Shown here one piece after another: positions 8,032 through 18,210 of a DNA stretch of 64,000 nucleotides (positions are counted from its first letter, which is position 1; the number at the start of each line of letters is the position of its first letter). This stretch comes from a virus (taxonomy: Duplodnaviria; Heunggongvirae; Uroviricota; Caudoviricetes), in IMG/VR virus record IMGVR_UViG_3300045919_000425, positions 33,199 through 97,198 of that record; one strand, written 5' to 3'. The notes beneath the pieces were generated by a model, which did no database searches, was not told the DNA's origin, and saw only the letters and a program-made list of their open reading frames with translations. The position numbers were made by a program, and so were the translations under genes.

Positions 8032-11000
8032 ATGGGTTACAATCCTATTACGGAAAATTTATCGATAAATTGGGCGGACGACTACTTATTCACTAGCACT
8101 ACGATGACTACATGGGATAGGACTCTTTACTCTATTGCAGCAACAACGGGCAATGTTACGATCACATTGCCACCACTACCTGATACTAGTAACTTACTTG
8201 AAAGAGGAACTATATTATTCAGACGAGTAGATAGCACCGCCAACTTAGCATTTATTAGTGCTATTATTGGCGGTGTACAACAAAACATCCCAATCCCTGT
8301 TGGAAATGATATTTATTGGTTTGTCAGTGTTTTAATGAGTAGGGATGGATTCAACGACACATTATTCTCTAAACTGTCTGCGAAGTCCTTCTTGGAGCTA
8401 ACTGGCGGCACAATGCTTGGTTCCATAGATTCCACAAATTTTAACATAAAAGTCAAAAACCCCACAGATGTTTCAGGTACCTCGAAAGATGCTGTGAATT
8501 ATGGCTCCCTTATTGGGTATGCTGGAAATACCATTACTCAATTAACTGGAGATGTGACATCTCCAGTTGGTGCGCATGGCTCGGTTGCGACTACTGTGGC
8601 AACTGTCGGTGCAAAGACAGCGGCTCAAGTCGCACAATCCGTGACCGATACTGTTGCTGCGACATCCAGTAATACCATAAGTACGATAGTAAAAAGAGAC
8701 GCATCAGGAAACTTCTCTACCGGGACAATTACAGCTTCTCAACTGTTGCTACAAAACCCAGCAACATTACCAACAAATGCAGTTAGATTGAATCAATTAC
8801 CCGCCGTGGACTCACTTAATGTTTACCTGTCTGCATTTGGTTCTGACTCTAATACTGGCACAGTTATTTCACCTTTTTTAACGCTAGCAAAAGCGGAAAG
8901 CATTGTTACCGGAAGCGGGAGTATTTGGCTTCAAACTGGAACATACACTGATAGTGTATCGGTTACTGGAAGTAATGTCGGATGGACTTGTGTCTCAAAT
9001 AATAATTCATACAAATGCACTGTTTCTGGAACAACTACTATTGCTGGTTCTGTTGTTCGTAGATCTTTTAAAGGGATTCAGTTTAGTACAGGGGCTAATG
9101 TTTGCATAAACCATACCAGCTCTCAAGGAATCCTAAATTTCGAGAATTGTTCCTTTATATCATCAAATACTAACGGCCTTGTGTTAGGTTCTGGCATGAC
9201 CAGTAATTATTTTAACTACTTTAATAACTGTGATTTTGGAGGGCTAACAGGGACATTAACATTGGCAGATAATACAAATAATTCAGTAGCCCTAAGCTCT
9301 GTATCTGGTTCCAGCACAGTCAGTGTCTCATCTGGAACACTGACTGTTGGTACATTTGTAACCGGTGTTGCATTTCCTGGAGGCACTTTAGTTCTAGCCT
9401 CCCTTGGTGGTAGTAACTACCTTATGAGCAATAACGCAACAGCTTCGGGTACCTTGGCAGCATATAATGCTGCCACATGGTACATAACGAATTGCGGCTC
9501 CTTGAAAATGAACATAGGGCTAGGTCACCTAGTCTTAGGGTACAATAACCCTGTAGTTCAGTTGGCTGGAAATACTGGGAATTACCTTGAAACAGCAAAA
9601 CCCATAATAACCGTCGTAACTACCCAAGCTGCCATGCTCGCCCAAACGTATGCTACTTTCGGTGGTCTTGGTTGTATGACTAAGGTTACTTCTGATAGTA
9701 CTGCTACTAACAATGGGCTATGGCAGTGTGTTGGATATACAGTTTCATCGTTAAGCAGTTGGCAACAAATATCTTCGGTTAATACGGCATACACAGCAGG
9801 CACAGGATTGACCTTGTCTGGGACTACTTTCAGCATTACTCCTCAAACAGCGAGCAGGGCTGTGGTTACTGACTCATCAGGAAATCTAACAACAAGTTCC
9901 GTAACTAGTGCTACACTGGCTTTCATGGATGCTACAAGTTCCGTTCAAACTCAAATTAATAGTCTTGTTCCCACTGCTCAAAACCAAAAAACCGTAAAAG
10001 TTGCTACTACCGCCGTGATTGCATTATCTGGCCTTCAAACCATCGACGGAGTTTCCTTGGTTGCGGGAGATGAAGTCCTACAAGCTCAAACTACTGCAAT
10101 TGTCAATAATGGAATTTGGGTAGTCGCTTCTGGTGCATGGACAAGAAGCACTCAAATGCCCACCGGCTCCGACGCTGCAAAAGCAAAGATATTTGTTCTA
10201 CAAGGGACATTAAATGCTGGGACAATTTGGACATGCACTAACGCAACAGGAAGTGTTGTTGGAACTGCTTCATTAGCTATTTCACAGTTTACGCCCGCTG
10301 TGTCAGCGCTTTACACGAATTTGACAGCGGCTATTACTAACTCCGCAACCACGTTATCAGTAACCAGTACCAATGGGTTCCCCTCGACAGGAATTGTTAT
10401 GATTCTCAATGAGTCGATATTGTATTCTGGAAAAACTAGCAATAGTTTTACGGGGTGTACTCGTGGATACAATGGGACAACAGCGGTAGCGGCGGTAATC
10501 AATGCTTATGTGAACTTCGTTACAGAAGAAATACCTTACTACAAAATGGGAGCCGACTTCACCACCTCTACTATCCCTACGAGAATTTATCGAGATAAAA
10601 TGTGGATGAGCGGTTCTGCTACTGCCGTCCGCACTTGGACACCTTCACAGATTCCTTGGGTTTATACAGATATTACGGCAGCAGAGCTTTCTTGTATTTA
10701 TTGGGTTCAGGAACTAATGACTTTCTTTAAAGGATTAGAAAACGACACCAACTGGGATCAGATCATCGGCGCAATCGCTGCGTCCATTACCTCAAGGATT
10801 ACAGGAAACTTACAGAACCCTGACGGTGGTACGGATATGGATAACCAGGTTGTTTTTGCGAGTGCGCCAACATATGTCAGTGAGTGGTTTGAATTAATTG
10901 TAGGTCGGAATCCGGCTGGAACAGAGCTTTACACGATGAGTTTTACACTTGCTCTCACATCCAATACAATGGCGAATGTCCCGACTGTGGATATGTTTTA

Positions 11001-11184
11001 TCCGTTTAGGATTATTTGGCAAACAACAAGGGGTGCGGCGATGGCGGGATTTAACGGTCAGGCAGCGGCAGCGTCGTCTGCATCGCCGCCAAAATGCACA
11101 CAGTATACAACGTCAGGAGTAACTATTCCTGCTGCGGGATTTCCAATTTGGGCTATACCTGTTTCAATCGAGACAACATTTTAG
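8032..11184 (+). CDS. Tail fibre / tailspike protein with a beta-helix-like repeat region and a C-terminal domain shared with ORF 12607..13296
   Basis: 1050 aa, T/S/G/N-rich. A pectate-lyase-like segment NCSFISSNTNGLVLGSG...NNCDFGG is present. The C-terminal ~210 aa align with the 229-aa protein (IPWVY, YW.Q.L, F.G, PIW..P.SIE..F). Confidence 0.7.
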   Translation: MGYNPITENLSINWADDYLFTSTTMTTWDRTLYSIAATTGNVTITLPPLPDTSNLLERGTILFRRVDSTANLAFISAIIGGVQQNIPIPVGNDIYWFVSVLMSRDGFNDTLFSKLSAKSFLELTGGTMLGSIDSTNFNIKVKNPTDVSGTSKDAVNYGSLIGYAGNTITQLTGDVTSPVGAHGSVATTVATVGAKTAAQVAQSVTDTVAATSSNTISTIVKRDASGNFSTGTITASQLLLQNPATLPTNAVRLNQLPAVDSLNVYLSAFGSDSNTGTVISPFLTLAKAESIVTGSGSIWLQTGTYTDSVSVTGSNVGWTCVSNNNSYKCTVSGTTTIAGSVVRRSFKGIQFSTGANVCINHTSSQGILNFENCSFISSNTNGLVLGSGMTSNYFNYFNNCDFGGLTGTLTLADNTNNSVALSSVSGSSTVSVSSGTLTVGTFVTGVAFPGGTLVLASLGGSNYLMSNNATASGTLAAYNAATWYITNCGSLKMNIGLGHLVLGYNNPVVQLAGNTGNYLETAKPIITVVTTQAAMLAQTYATFGGLGCMTKVTSDSTATNNGLWQCVGYTVSSLSSWQQISSVNTAYTAGTGLTLSGTTFSITPQTASRAVVTDSSGNLTTSSVTSATLAFMDATSSVQTQINSLVPTAQNQKTVKVATTAVIALSGLQTIDGVSLVAGDEVLQAQTTAIVNNGIWVVASGAWTRSTQMPTGSDAAKAKIFVLQGTLNAGTIWTCTNATGSVVGTASLAISQFTPAVSALYTNLTAAITNSATTLSVTSTNGFPSTGIVMILNESILYSGKTSNSFTGCTRGYNGTTAVAAVINAYVNFVTEEIPYYKMGADFTTSTIPTRIYRDKMWMSGSATAVRTWTPSQIPWVYTDITAAELSCIYWVQELMTFFKGLENDTNWDQIIGAIAASITSRITGNLQNPDGGTDMDNQVVFASAPTYVSEWFELIVGRNPAGTELYTMSFTLALTSNTMANVPTVDMFYPFRIIWQTTRGAAMAGFNGQAAAASSASPPKCTQYTTSGVTIPAAGFPIWAIPVSIETTF

Positions 11185-11573
11185 GATAATACGGTGATAA
11201 GGGCGCTAATTGGAGCCAGGATAATCTCAATTCTATCTGCGGCACATCCAGATATTCCATTCAAATTCACGGATGACATGTAGGATGACTTACTATTGTA
11301 CGATCCACTAATACTTACACTATCCACAGTGTTTCCTAGCGGGTTATTTACTGATAAATAGTACTTAAACGGATGACTGGGAATGGAAAAGTTCCATCTA
11401 CCATAGAATGGATCTTTTGGAGAATCTAGTTCTATTTCAACCTCCACAGAGGTTCCATTCACTATTGTGCCAAATGAAGATAAAATCGTAAAACCCGGAT
11501 ACGATGAACCTGCAAACTCTTCAGTTAAATCGTATCCGGTACTATTCGTGACTGATATTACAAAACTTGACAT
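11181..11573 (-). CDS. Hypothetical beta-rich protein (130 aa)
   Basis: ORF track; convergent with the fibre gene. Confidence 0.5.
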   Translation of the reverse strand: MSSFVISVTNSTGYDLTEEFAGSSYPGFTILSSFGTIVNGTSVEVEIELDSPKDPFYGRWNFSIPSHPFKYYLSVNNPLGNTVDSVSISGSYNSKSSYMSSVNLNGISGCAADRIEIILAPISALITVLS

Positions 11574-11617
11574 AAAGTCTCCTGCTATTTGGTTTGTGCG
11601 GTTATGGAATCATTAAA

Positions 11618-12295
11618 CTATAGCAGGATTTTAGTTTTTGCAAATCTTGGTTCCAGGTATTTTACCACTCCGTTCTTTATTATTGCTTGGGAATGCGCAA
11701 CATTTTGAAAAGTAATTCCATTAAATTCCTGCTCCCCAAAACTCTCATGAATATGACCACATACGAATAATTTAAGATTTTTCATTTTCCTAAAGAAATT
11801 ACCATCAAAAGCCTTAATACCGTAACTATGCTCTATTCCAAGGCTATCAGGAAATACATCTAATATTCCATAAGCAGGAGAGTGCGAAACTAAAATATCG
11901 ACATCTTCAGGTATTCTGTTAACCTTTCTTTGCAGATCTGCTGAGTTTTTCTCGAACACCCACCTCCCATTGATTATCGGAACATATGGAAATCCGAACA
12001 CTTTCAAACCCTCGATCATTACACTGGAGTTAATTAAAACATGATCATTCTTCTTTGCTCTCATCTTCCATAAAACTAAGGCGAGAGATGTATCCTGCTC
12101 CATTAAAATATCATGATTTCCAGGTACAAATATCTTATGCTTATGTGGCAATGAGCAAAAGATGTCGAAAAAGTAGCTCAGCTCTTCGACAGAGCCAGAA
12201 TTCGTAGCGTCACCGGCATGGATTAATAGATCCCCATCTGGTATTTTAGTGATATCCATTCTATTATGTGTATCTGAAATACTTACTATTTTCAT
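11618..12295 (-). CDS. Calcineurin-like metallophosphoesterase
   Basis: Motifs GDLLIHAGD, PGNHD and GHIHESFG. Confidence 0.7.
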   Translation of the reverse strand: MKIVSISDTHNRMDITKIPDGDLLIHAGDATNSGSVEELSYFFDIFCSLPHKHKIFVPGNHDILMEQDTSLALVLWKMRAKKNDHVLINSSVMIEGLKVFGFPYVPIINGRWVFEKNSADLQRKVNRIPEDVDILVSHSPAYGILDVFPDSLGIEHSYGIKAFDGNFFRKMKNLKLFVCGHIHESFGEQEFNGITFQNVAHSQAIIKNGVVKYLEPRFAKTKILL

Positions 12296-12597
12296 GTAAT
12301 CTCCACACTTGGAATTTCACTGATTCCTGACTTTAGAATAGAACTGTATTTCAATGAAAATTCAATTAAGTGTGCTACCTCTCGTAGCCCTTTCTTTGTT
12401 TCGAGTAATTTTTCCTTATATTTCCTACCATTTACTGTACTTGAATTTAATTCATCTAACTTATTCAACAAGGTGTTCATCGTATGAACCAGTGAGTTTA
12501 CTTCCACTGAATAAATAGCGCAGTCACCACAAGAATGAGTTCCATTTTTTTGAAGGAACCCTCCCTTAATATCTTTATTACATTTAAAACAACGCAT
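12292..12597 (-). CDS. Zinc-ribbon protein (CFKC ... CGDC)
   Basis: Two CxxC pairs in 101 aa. Confidence 0.5.
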   Translation of the reverse strand: MRCFKCNKDIKGGFLQKNGTHSCGDCAIYSVEVNSLVHTMNTLLNKLDELNSSTVNGRKYKEKLLETKKGLREVAHLIEFSLKYSSILKSGISEIPSVEIT

Positions 12598-12606
12598 AAG
12601 TCCTCC

Positions 12607-13296
12607 TCAGAACTGACATTCAATTGAAATAGGCATAAACCAAATTGGAGAGCAACTTGCAGGTAAAACAAAACTACCCGGATGACTGGTAACTGCCGGG
12701 TTTGTTCCCGGATTATTCAATAAAGCAGGTTGTCCTTGAAATCCTGCGCTTGGTGCATTCGAGACTGTCTGGAAAATACTCCTAAAAGAATACAGACATG
12801 TAGAGTCGTAAGTAGGCTGGGCTGTTAATTGATATTGATACCCCATAGAATAAACTACAGTTTTTGTTGGATCGGTTCCCACTATCAGCTCCATCCATCC
12901 TGAAGCAGTGAAAGTTGCGGCTGCTGTCGCAATTAATGGTTCTCCTATCCCTGTCGCAAAACTACTTTCACCACAGGCAGCCTGAGCAGGGAGCTTACTT
13001 GACATTGCCTGAACGAAATTCGCAAGCCTAAAGTTCACATTTCCATTATCCATACCCTTGAAATGTGTATCTAGTTTCTGAATCCAATAAACACACGCTA
13101 TTGCGGCCTCTGCTTGTGATGCGTATACCCATGGAATCATGGATGGCGTGAACGTCCTATTTATGCCATTCCCTCCGCCCATAATAACAACATCACGATA
13201 AACCTTACTGGGATTTACAGAGATTGTAAGATCTACCCCAGATTTAATGTAACTAGAAACCTGATTGGAAAGTGTGCTTGAAAATAGTCCGCCCAT
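12607..13296 (-). CDS. Stand-alone paralog of the tail-fibre C-terminal domain (putative fibre tip or assembly protein)
   Basis: About 210 aa align with the C-terminus of ORF 8032..11184. Its N-terminus MGGLFS is also shared with ORF 7285. Confidence 0.6.
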   Translation of the reverse strand: MGGLFSSTLSNQVSSYIKSGVDLTISVNPSKVYRDVVIMGGGNGINRTFTPSMIPWVYASQAEAAIACVYWIQKLDTHFKGMDNGNVNFRLANFVQAMSSKLPAQAACGESSFATGIGEPLIATAAATFTASGWMELIVGTDPTKTVVYSMGYQYQLTAQPTYDSTCLYSFRSIFQTVSNAPSAGFQGQPALLNNPGTNPAVTSHPGSFVLPASCSPIWFMPISIECQF

Positions 13297-13298
13297 TT

Positions 13299-13583
13299 TT
13301 ACTCCTTATTAATAGTTCTTTCTTCTGTCTTCTTACGTAATGCTGTATTACAGGAAAGAAGGAATAGATCATCACCACTCATTAGATTCGCCTGCCTTAA
13401 GAAATAATTAAAAGGTAAGGCACAGACTCCAAACAGATCTTCTCCGGTGGTGAGGTTTTTTAACGGTACACCAATCTCATCGTCCTGTATTAGGAATACC
13501 TTACCGTCGGGAAAACTCACCTCAATTCCCGCATTAAGTGCGGATAGCACGATCTCAATCGCTGGCTTCATTCTACTTTTCAT
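13299..13583 (-). CDS. Hypothetical protein (94 aa)
   Basis: ORF track. Confidence 0.5.
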   Translation of the reverse strand: MKSRMKPAIEIVLSALNAGIEVSFPDGKVFLIQDDEIGVPLKNLTTGEDLFGVCALPFNYFLRQANLMSGDDLFLLSCNTALRKKTEERTINKE

Positions 13584-13622
13584 GAAATCTCCTTATAATG
13601 TACTTATTTAAACGAGGGATAT

Positions 13623-14123
13623 ATGATACAAAGACAACTTCTCGCCGTAAACCTTATTGCATCATGCGAAGGGTTACGATTAAATGCTTACTTGGACTCC
13701 AGAGGGATACCCACAATAGGATTTGGTACTATCGTATACCCTAATGGAGTAAAAGTCAAGATGGGTGACAAAATTACATCAGACCAAGCCAAGAGTTACC
13801 TGAATGATCACTTGGAGAAATTCGTATATCCGGCTGTCAATAAACTTATAGGATCCTCTGTTGTCCCTGATAAAGTTTATGCGGCTCTTTGCTCTATAGC
13901 TTACAATAATGGCACAGGAATACTTCTGAATAATTCATTTATTGCTGCGGTTGGATCTAAAAACTGGGGAACCTTTAAAGATAACGGAGATGGGAATTTC
14001 TCCACTACCGGACTAGCGTCTGTATTTATACAGTACATTAAAGTTAGAAACCGTGATGGTGTTCTTGTTCCTTGTGATGGGCTTATTAACAGGAGAGTTT
14101 CTGAGATAAAGTCTTTTGTTTAG
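13623..14123 (+). CDS. Endolysin, GH24 lysozyme (T4 e / lambda R-like muramidase)
   Basis: Motif CEGLRLNAYLDSRGIPTIGFGT is the canonical GH24 EG.RL.AY.D..G..TIG.G pattern. Length is 166 aa. Confidence 0.8.
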   Translation: MIQRQLLAVNLIASCEGLRLNAYLDSRGIPTIGFGTIVYPNGVKVKMGDKITSDQAKSYLNDHLEKFVYPAVNKLIGSSVVPDKVYAALCSIAYNNGTGILLNNSFIAAVGSKNWGTFKDNGDGNFSTTGLASVFIQYIKVRNRDGVLVPCDGLINRRVSEIKSFV

Positions 14124-14485
14124 TCACGGCTGGTGTTTAGGCATCTTCTGATTAAATCCCCATCAATAAACACTCCCTTATTGGCCTCTTGGAGCATTCT
14201 GGCTATTTCTGTTGCCTTAGTAAAAGAATAGATTCCACATGACTCTGTGATGTTCTCATTCACATAAGCCTGTGAATCACTGAAAATTTCCTGGATAAGT
14301 CTGGAACTCTCAGGACCAATCTTATCCAGTCCTAATGCGCTTAGTGTGAAGCTAGATAAGATTAGATTACGTAACTGGTTCTTGCTATTCAATCTTTTAA
14401 CCACGCTGTTGTCTTCATTCATTTCCTGTTCATATCTTTTTAAGAAATCCATGATTTCTGACATTTTATTTACATCAATTTCCAT
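14120..14485 (-). CDS. Hypothetical protein (121 aa)
   Basis: ORF track. Confidence 0.5.
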   Translation of the reverse strand: MEIDVNKMSEIMDFLKRYEQEMNEDNSVVKRLNSKNQLRNLILSSFTLSALGLDKIGPESSRLIQEIFSDSQAYVNENITESCGIYSFTKATEIARMLQEANKGVFIDGDLIRRCLNTSRD

Positions 14486-14509
14486 TTTAACCTCCAGAAT
14501 TACGCTTAA

Positions 14510-14962
14510 TTAAACACCTGTTGAGCCGTGACCACCCTCTCCTCTGACTTTAGACTTAACTTCGACACATGGAAGCTGTAAAGTGAAAGCACAAACTCCT
14601 TGGGCGATCCTATCCCCTTTCTTAATAACAAAATCTACCTTAGAGTGATTAATAATTTGTACCATTATGATTCCTCTGTAGTCTGCGTCTACGGTAGCTG
14701 GAGAGTTTAATATCGTAACCCCATACTTTGCCGCTAAGCCAGATCTAGGTCTGATTTGTATCTCAGGGATAACTCGATAATGTTTACCATTAATATCCGC
14801 ATTTTCGGATACGGAATGCTCTACAATCCTTAACCCTGTTGTTATTAATTTATATTCTGACGCTGGTATGATTACGTCTTCCTGCGAACAAACATCAAAT
14901 CCTGCGGAGTCTGATGTGGCATAAAAACAATTACCTTCACCTGCGATTTCTAACTTAATCAT
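14510..14962 (-). CDS. dut: dUTP diphosphatase (dUTPase)
   Basis: Motifs GFDVCS, RSGLAAKYG, DADYRGIIMVQIINHS and GDRIAQ. Confidence 0.8.
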   Translation of the reverse strand: MIKLEIAGEGNCFYATSDSAGFDVCSQEDVIIPASEYKLITTGLRIVEHSVSENADINGKHYRVIPEIQIRPRSGLAAKYGVTILNSPATVDADYRGIIMVQIINHSKVDFVIKKGDRIAQGVCAFTLQLPCVEVKSKVRGEGGHGSTGV

Positions 14963-14971
14963 AATTCCTCC

Positions 14972-15547
14972 TTATTTTCCTGTCATAAAATTAAGAGACT
15001 GAATTGCTCTAGCCCAATCTCCATGTACCTTCGCTGCGTCAGATTTCATCTTCTTTGAGTCCATTTTAAGCCCCAAGCTATTAGTAATACTTTCAAGTGA
15101 ATTAAGGATTTCATCTACTGTTTTCTCCGCCTCACTATTCGAGATCTTTTCAGATTCAGTGGGCTTAGGCGTGATCCCGAGTTCGCTAACTTTCTTATTA
15201 AACGCTACTTGGTTCAGTTCGCATTCTTTTACGTCATTTATCATAATTCTATGTTTTTCCGTCAAAGATACCTCTGACCATCCCCCAACTATCAACCGAA
15301 CAGTATCCTTTGTTCCGTCCACACTCTCAGTTAAAATATCCGTCCTTAAAATAACTAATTCAGCGAAAGAAATTAGCCCTAAAATACGAGAAATCACATT
15401 TGCACTGGACGTGATTTTTATCTCTACACTTTCTTTTCCATTCGATGCTGCATCCCGACAAGCCTCTGTGATATTTTGGAAAATCTCATTAGACTTCAAG
15501 TTAATCTCTTGAGAGGAACGGTATAGTTTCTTTAATTCTGAGATCAT
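14972..15547 (-). CDS. Hypothetical protein (191 aa)
   Basis: ORF track. Confidence 0.5.
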   Translation of the reverse strand: MISELKKLYRSSQEINLKSNEIFQNITEACRDAASNGKESVEIKITSSANVISRILGLISFAELVILRTDILTESVDGTKDTVRLIVGGWSEVSLTEKHRIMINDVKECELNQVAFNKKVSELGITPKPTESEKISNSEAEKTVDEILNSLESITNSLGLKMDSKKMKSDAAKVHGDWARAIQSLNFMTGK

Positions 15548-15570
15548 ATAATTACTCCTTGTTATTAATA

Positions 15571-15804
15571 TTAGTTACTTACTTTTATTGAGTCACTTAA
15601 GTAAACCATTAAATCTTCCATATCGTCGCCGAAGTCTAGGAAAATGACGGGATCGTTGCCTCCCACTGAAACTCCAAAATAAATTCCGACAATCTTCATC
15701 CCCTTGTACTCTTCTGCTTCTTGCTCATCCATAAAATCAGTGCTTATGAAAGTTTTACCTACTAAAGACTCCTCCATCAAACTTTCTATGTTAATAATTG
15801 GCAT
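15571..15804 (-). CDS. Small acidic hypothetical protein
   Basis: ORF track. Confidence 0.45.
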   Translation of the reverse strand: MPIINIESLMEESLVGKTFISTDFMDEQEAEEYKGMKIVGIYFGVSVGGNDPVIFLDFGDDMEDLMVYLSDSIKVSN

Positions 15805-15806
15805 AA

Positions 15807-16829
15807 TTACTCCTTGTTATAGAAATCTAAAGTCTCAATTATCGTCTTCCCAACTCGTTCTGCGAAATTAACGGGCACTGCATTCCCTATTCCTTTGTAC
15901 TGATTCGTCAATGACCCAGTAATTTCCCAATCATCTGGGAATGTTTGAACTCTAGCGTACTCTCTTACTGTTAAGGGTCTCGTTTCATCTGGATGACACC
16001 GTTCAGTTTGTTTCTGTGCCGGAGAGCAAGTTAAAGTTAAGCAGGGTTCTGACCATGTCAAGCGTCTGGCGATGCCAGTTTTCCCTCCTCCTTGATAAAA
16101 ACTTGCGCCCATATATTCCTTCTGTATTTCTACTGGTAAATTTTTCCAATATCCTCCAGGAGGAACTAGATCAAGTACCTTTTTCTTTGATTCGGAATAC
16201 TCTTGTCCGTGAGATACTGGAACCTTACATGAATACAGCCTCCCTGGCATTAACGCATCATAAAGTGTGGGAGTGTGATCCGACTTGCTTATGTCGCTTA
16301 CATGCAAACCCTTTTTTGCAACTAAATCGTTTCTAACCCCTATTAAAAGAAGTCTTTCTCTTTTTTGAGGAACTCCATATTCATTAGTCTTATAAACTGT
16401 AGGTGGGATTAAGGAATATCCTATATCCGACAAGATATCTTGCATTATTTGCAAGGTCCTTCCATTGTCATGAGAGATTAACCCTTTAACATTCTCCATT
16501 ACAAACATCTTAGGTTTTACTTCCTTGACAGATCTGGCGAACTCGTAAAACAATGTACCACGAACATCCTCAAAACCTAATCTTTTCCCTATTAAGCTGA
16601 AGGATTGGCATGGCGAACCTCCGGTGATGAGATCGATTTTCCCGGAATACTCAGAAAAATCTAACTTTGAGATGTCGCTGCAAACCACATTCCAATTCGG
16701 CCTATTCTTTTTCAGAGTTTTAACTGCTGTTTTGTCTATTTCATTTAGTAACTGGCAGTCTAATCCAGCTTTCTCTAACCCTAAAGCTAACCCACCAATA
16801 CCAGCGAACAGCTCAATAGTTTTATACAT
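15807..16829 (-). CDS. DNA (cytosine-5)-methyltransferase
   Basis: Motif I ELFAGIGG, motif IV GGSPCQSFS and the ENV motif. Confidence 0.85.
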   Translation of the reverse strand: MYKTIELFAGIGGLALGLEKAGLDCQLLNEIDKTAVKTLKKNRPNWNVVCSDISKLDFSEYSGKIDLITGGSPCQSFSLIGKRLGFEDVRGTLFYEFARSVKEVKPKMFVMENVKGLISHDNGRTLQIMQDILSDIGYSLIPPTVYKTNEYGVPQKRERLLLIGVRNDLVAKKGLHVSDISKSDHTPTLYDALMPGRLYSCKVPVSHGQEYSESKKKVLDLVPPGGYWKNLPVEIQKEYMGASFYQGGGKTGIARRLTWSEPCLTLTCSPAQKQTERCHPDETRPLTVREYARVQTFPDDWEITGSLTNQYKGIGNAVPVNFAERVGKTIIETLDFYNKE

Positions 16830-16847
16830 AAAGCCTCCTTAAAATTA

Positions 16848-17168
16848 CTAATTATTCCCTTTAGCTGTTGACTTGAATATTATTTTATATGTTCCGCTAC
16901 TGTCTTGCTCTACGATAAAGCCACAGCTTATATCCCTCGTCTTAATAGCCTTAACTACCTCTTTACCTAGCAAATGGCCATCTTCCTTTGAAGGTATTTG
17001 ATGTATAAAAGTTAGGGAGTAGATTCGTTGAGCTAATGCTGCATAAAACCTATCACTTTCAACAATCTGAATCAGTGAGAGTATTGTCCCATCTTCAGAA
17101 CAGTCGTTTTCTCCTGTGTAACAAAAATTCCTTGCGCACATCTTGTTAAAGTTTTCTGAATTTTTCAT
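16848..17168 (-). CDS. Hypothetical protein (106 aa)
   Basis: ORF track. Confidence 0.5.
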   Translation of the reverse strand: MKNSENFNKMCARNFCYTGENDCSEDGTILSLIQIVESDRFYAALAQRIYSLTFIHQIPSKEDGHLLGKEVVKAIKTRDISCGFIVEQDSSGTYKIIFKSTAKGNN

Positions 17169-17317
17169 ATCCGAATCTCCTTTTGTACTTGTGGTGGTCT
17201 AATTTCTTCCATATAAGTAACCTATCAGATGTTTAACTAAAAGTCAAGGGTCTGAAGCTAAAAAGTTTAATACATTAGTTTTCCATATAATTCAAGCAAA
17301 CAAACGAGGGCTTACAA

Positions 17318-18160
17318 ATGGGCATGAGACATGCGAACTTTCCTTTCCCGAATGCGTCAGACAGACGGGACGCTACACAAGAAATAGAAGGGGCACAAAA
17401 GACTTACCGAACTCTTCCTTCTCCAAAGGATGTGAAAGATTACGGATTAGTGGGACTTCCTCTAATATTTCCGATGACGGGGCAACCTGTCACGGATGAC
17501 TACATCAGCTTACACTTAGAGACAGCTATCCAGGAGCTTGAGTTCAATTACGGGTTATGTGTTAAACAAAAGATAACCCAACAAGCTGAGGATATGTATC
17601 AAAATGATCTGCTGTCCAGGTTCCAGCCCTTTAAGCTGCGCAACTTCCCTGTATTAATGATCGAAAGTATTCAGATTATGTATCCAACTGCCTTGACTGA
17701 TAATCCATACCAAACCTATACACTTCCACCTGAGTGGTATATATTTGAGAAGACTAAGGTAAATATCGTTGCGACTTCTGGTACTATCCTCCCCTCATTT
17801 ACCGGAGGTCAAGGTATTTCTCCGTTGCCATTTACTTTGTACGGAGCACAATCTTATCGTCCTGCTGCCTGGAAAATTGTATATCAATGTGGATTTGAGA
17901 ATGATTTCATACCTACATTGATTTGGAATATTATCATAGATAAAGCGACCGTATCCTTATTGAATGATCTTGGCCCATTATTGTTCTCTGTGAACTCTTA
18001 CAGCGTTGGGATTGACTCGATTAATCAATCCGCACAGTTACCGGGTTACAAACTGTTTGAAAAAAGGCTTGAAAATTTGGAAAAGAAAATAAAGAGGAAT
18101 GTGAATTCCGCTATTTCTTATTTTGGTTGCAGGATTCAATCACAGTTTGCAGGAAGATAA
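17318..18160 (+). CDS. Putative virion structural protein (280 aa)
   Basis: First gene of a plus-strand four-gene block that ends in a strong terminator. Confidence 0.55.
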   Translation: MGMRHANFPFPNASDRRDATQEIEGAQKTYRTLPSPKDVKDYGLVGLPLIFPMTGQPVTDDYISLHLETAIQELEFNYGLCVKQKITQQAEDMYQNDLLSRFQPFKLRNFPVLMIESIQIMYPTALTDNPYQTYTLPPEWYIFEKTKVNIVATSGTILPSFTGGQGISPLPFTLYGAQSYRPAAWKIVYQCGFENDFIPTLIWNIIIDKATVSLLNDLGPLLFSVNSYSVGIDSINQSAQLPGYKLFEKRLENLEKKIKRNVNSAISYFGCRIQSQFAGR

Positions 18161-18210
18161 TCAAATTCTATATACTCAAAACTAACAAATGAACTTACAA
18201 GGATTTAACT

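Noticed and set aside
8903-9109. ORFs nested in the tail fibre gene (8903..9109 plus strand; 9582..9836 and 10311..10502 minus strand)
   Set aside because: They are alternative frames or antisense to a 1050-aa gene with clear coding character. They are shadow ORFs.
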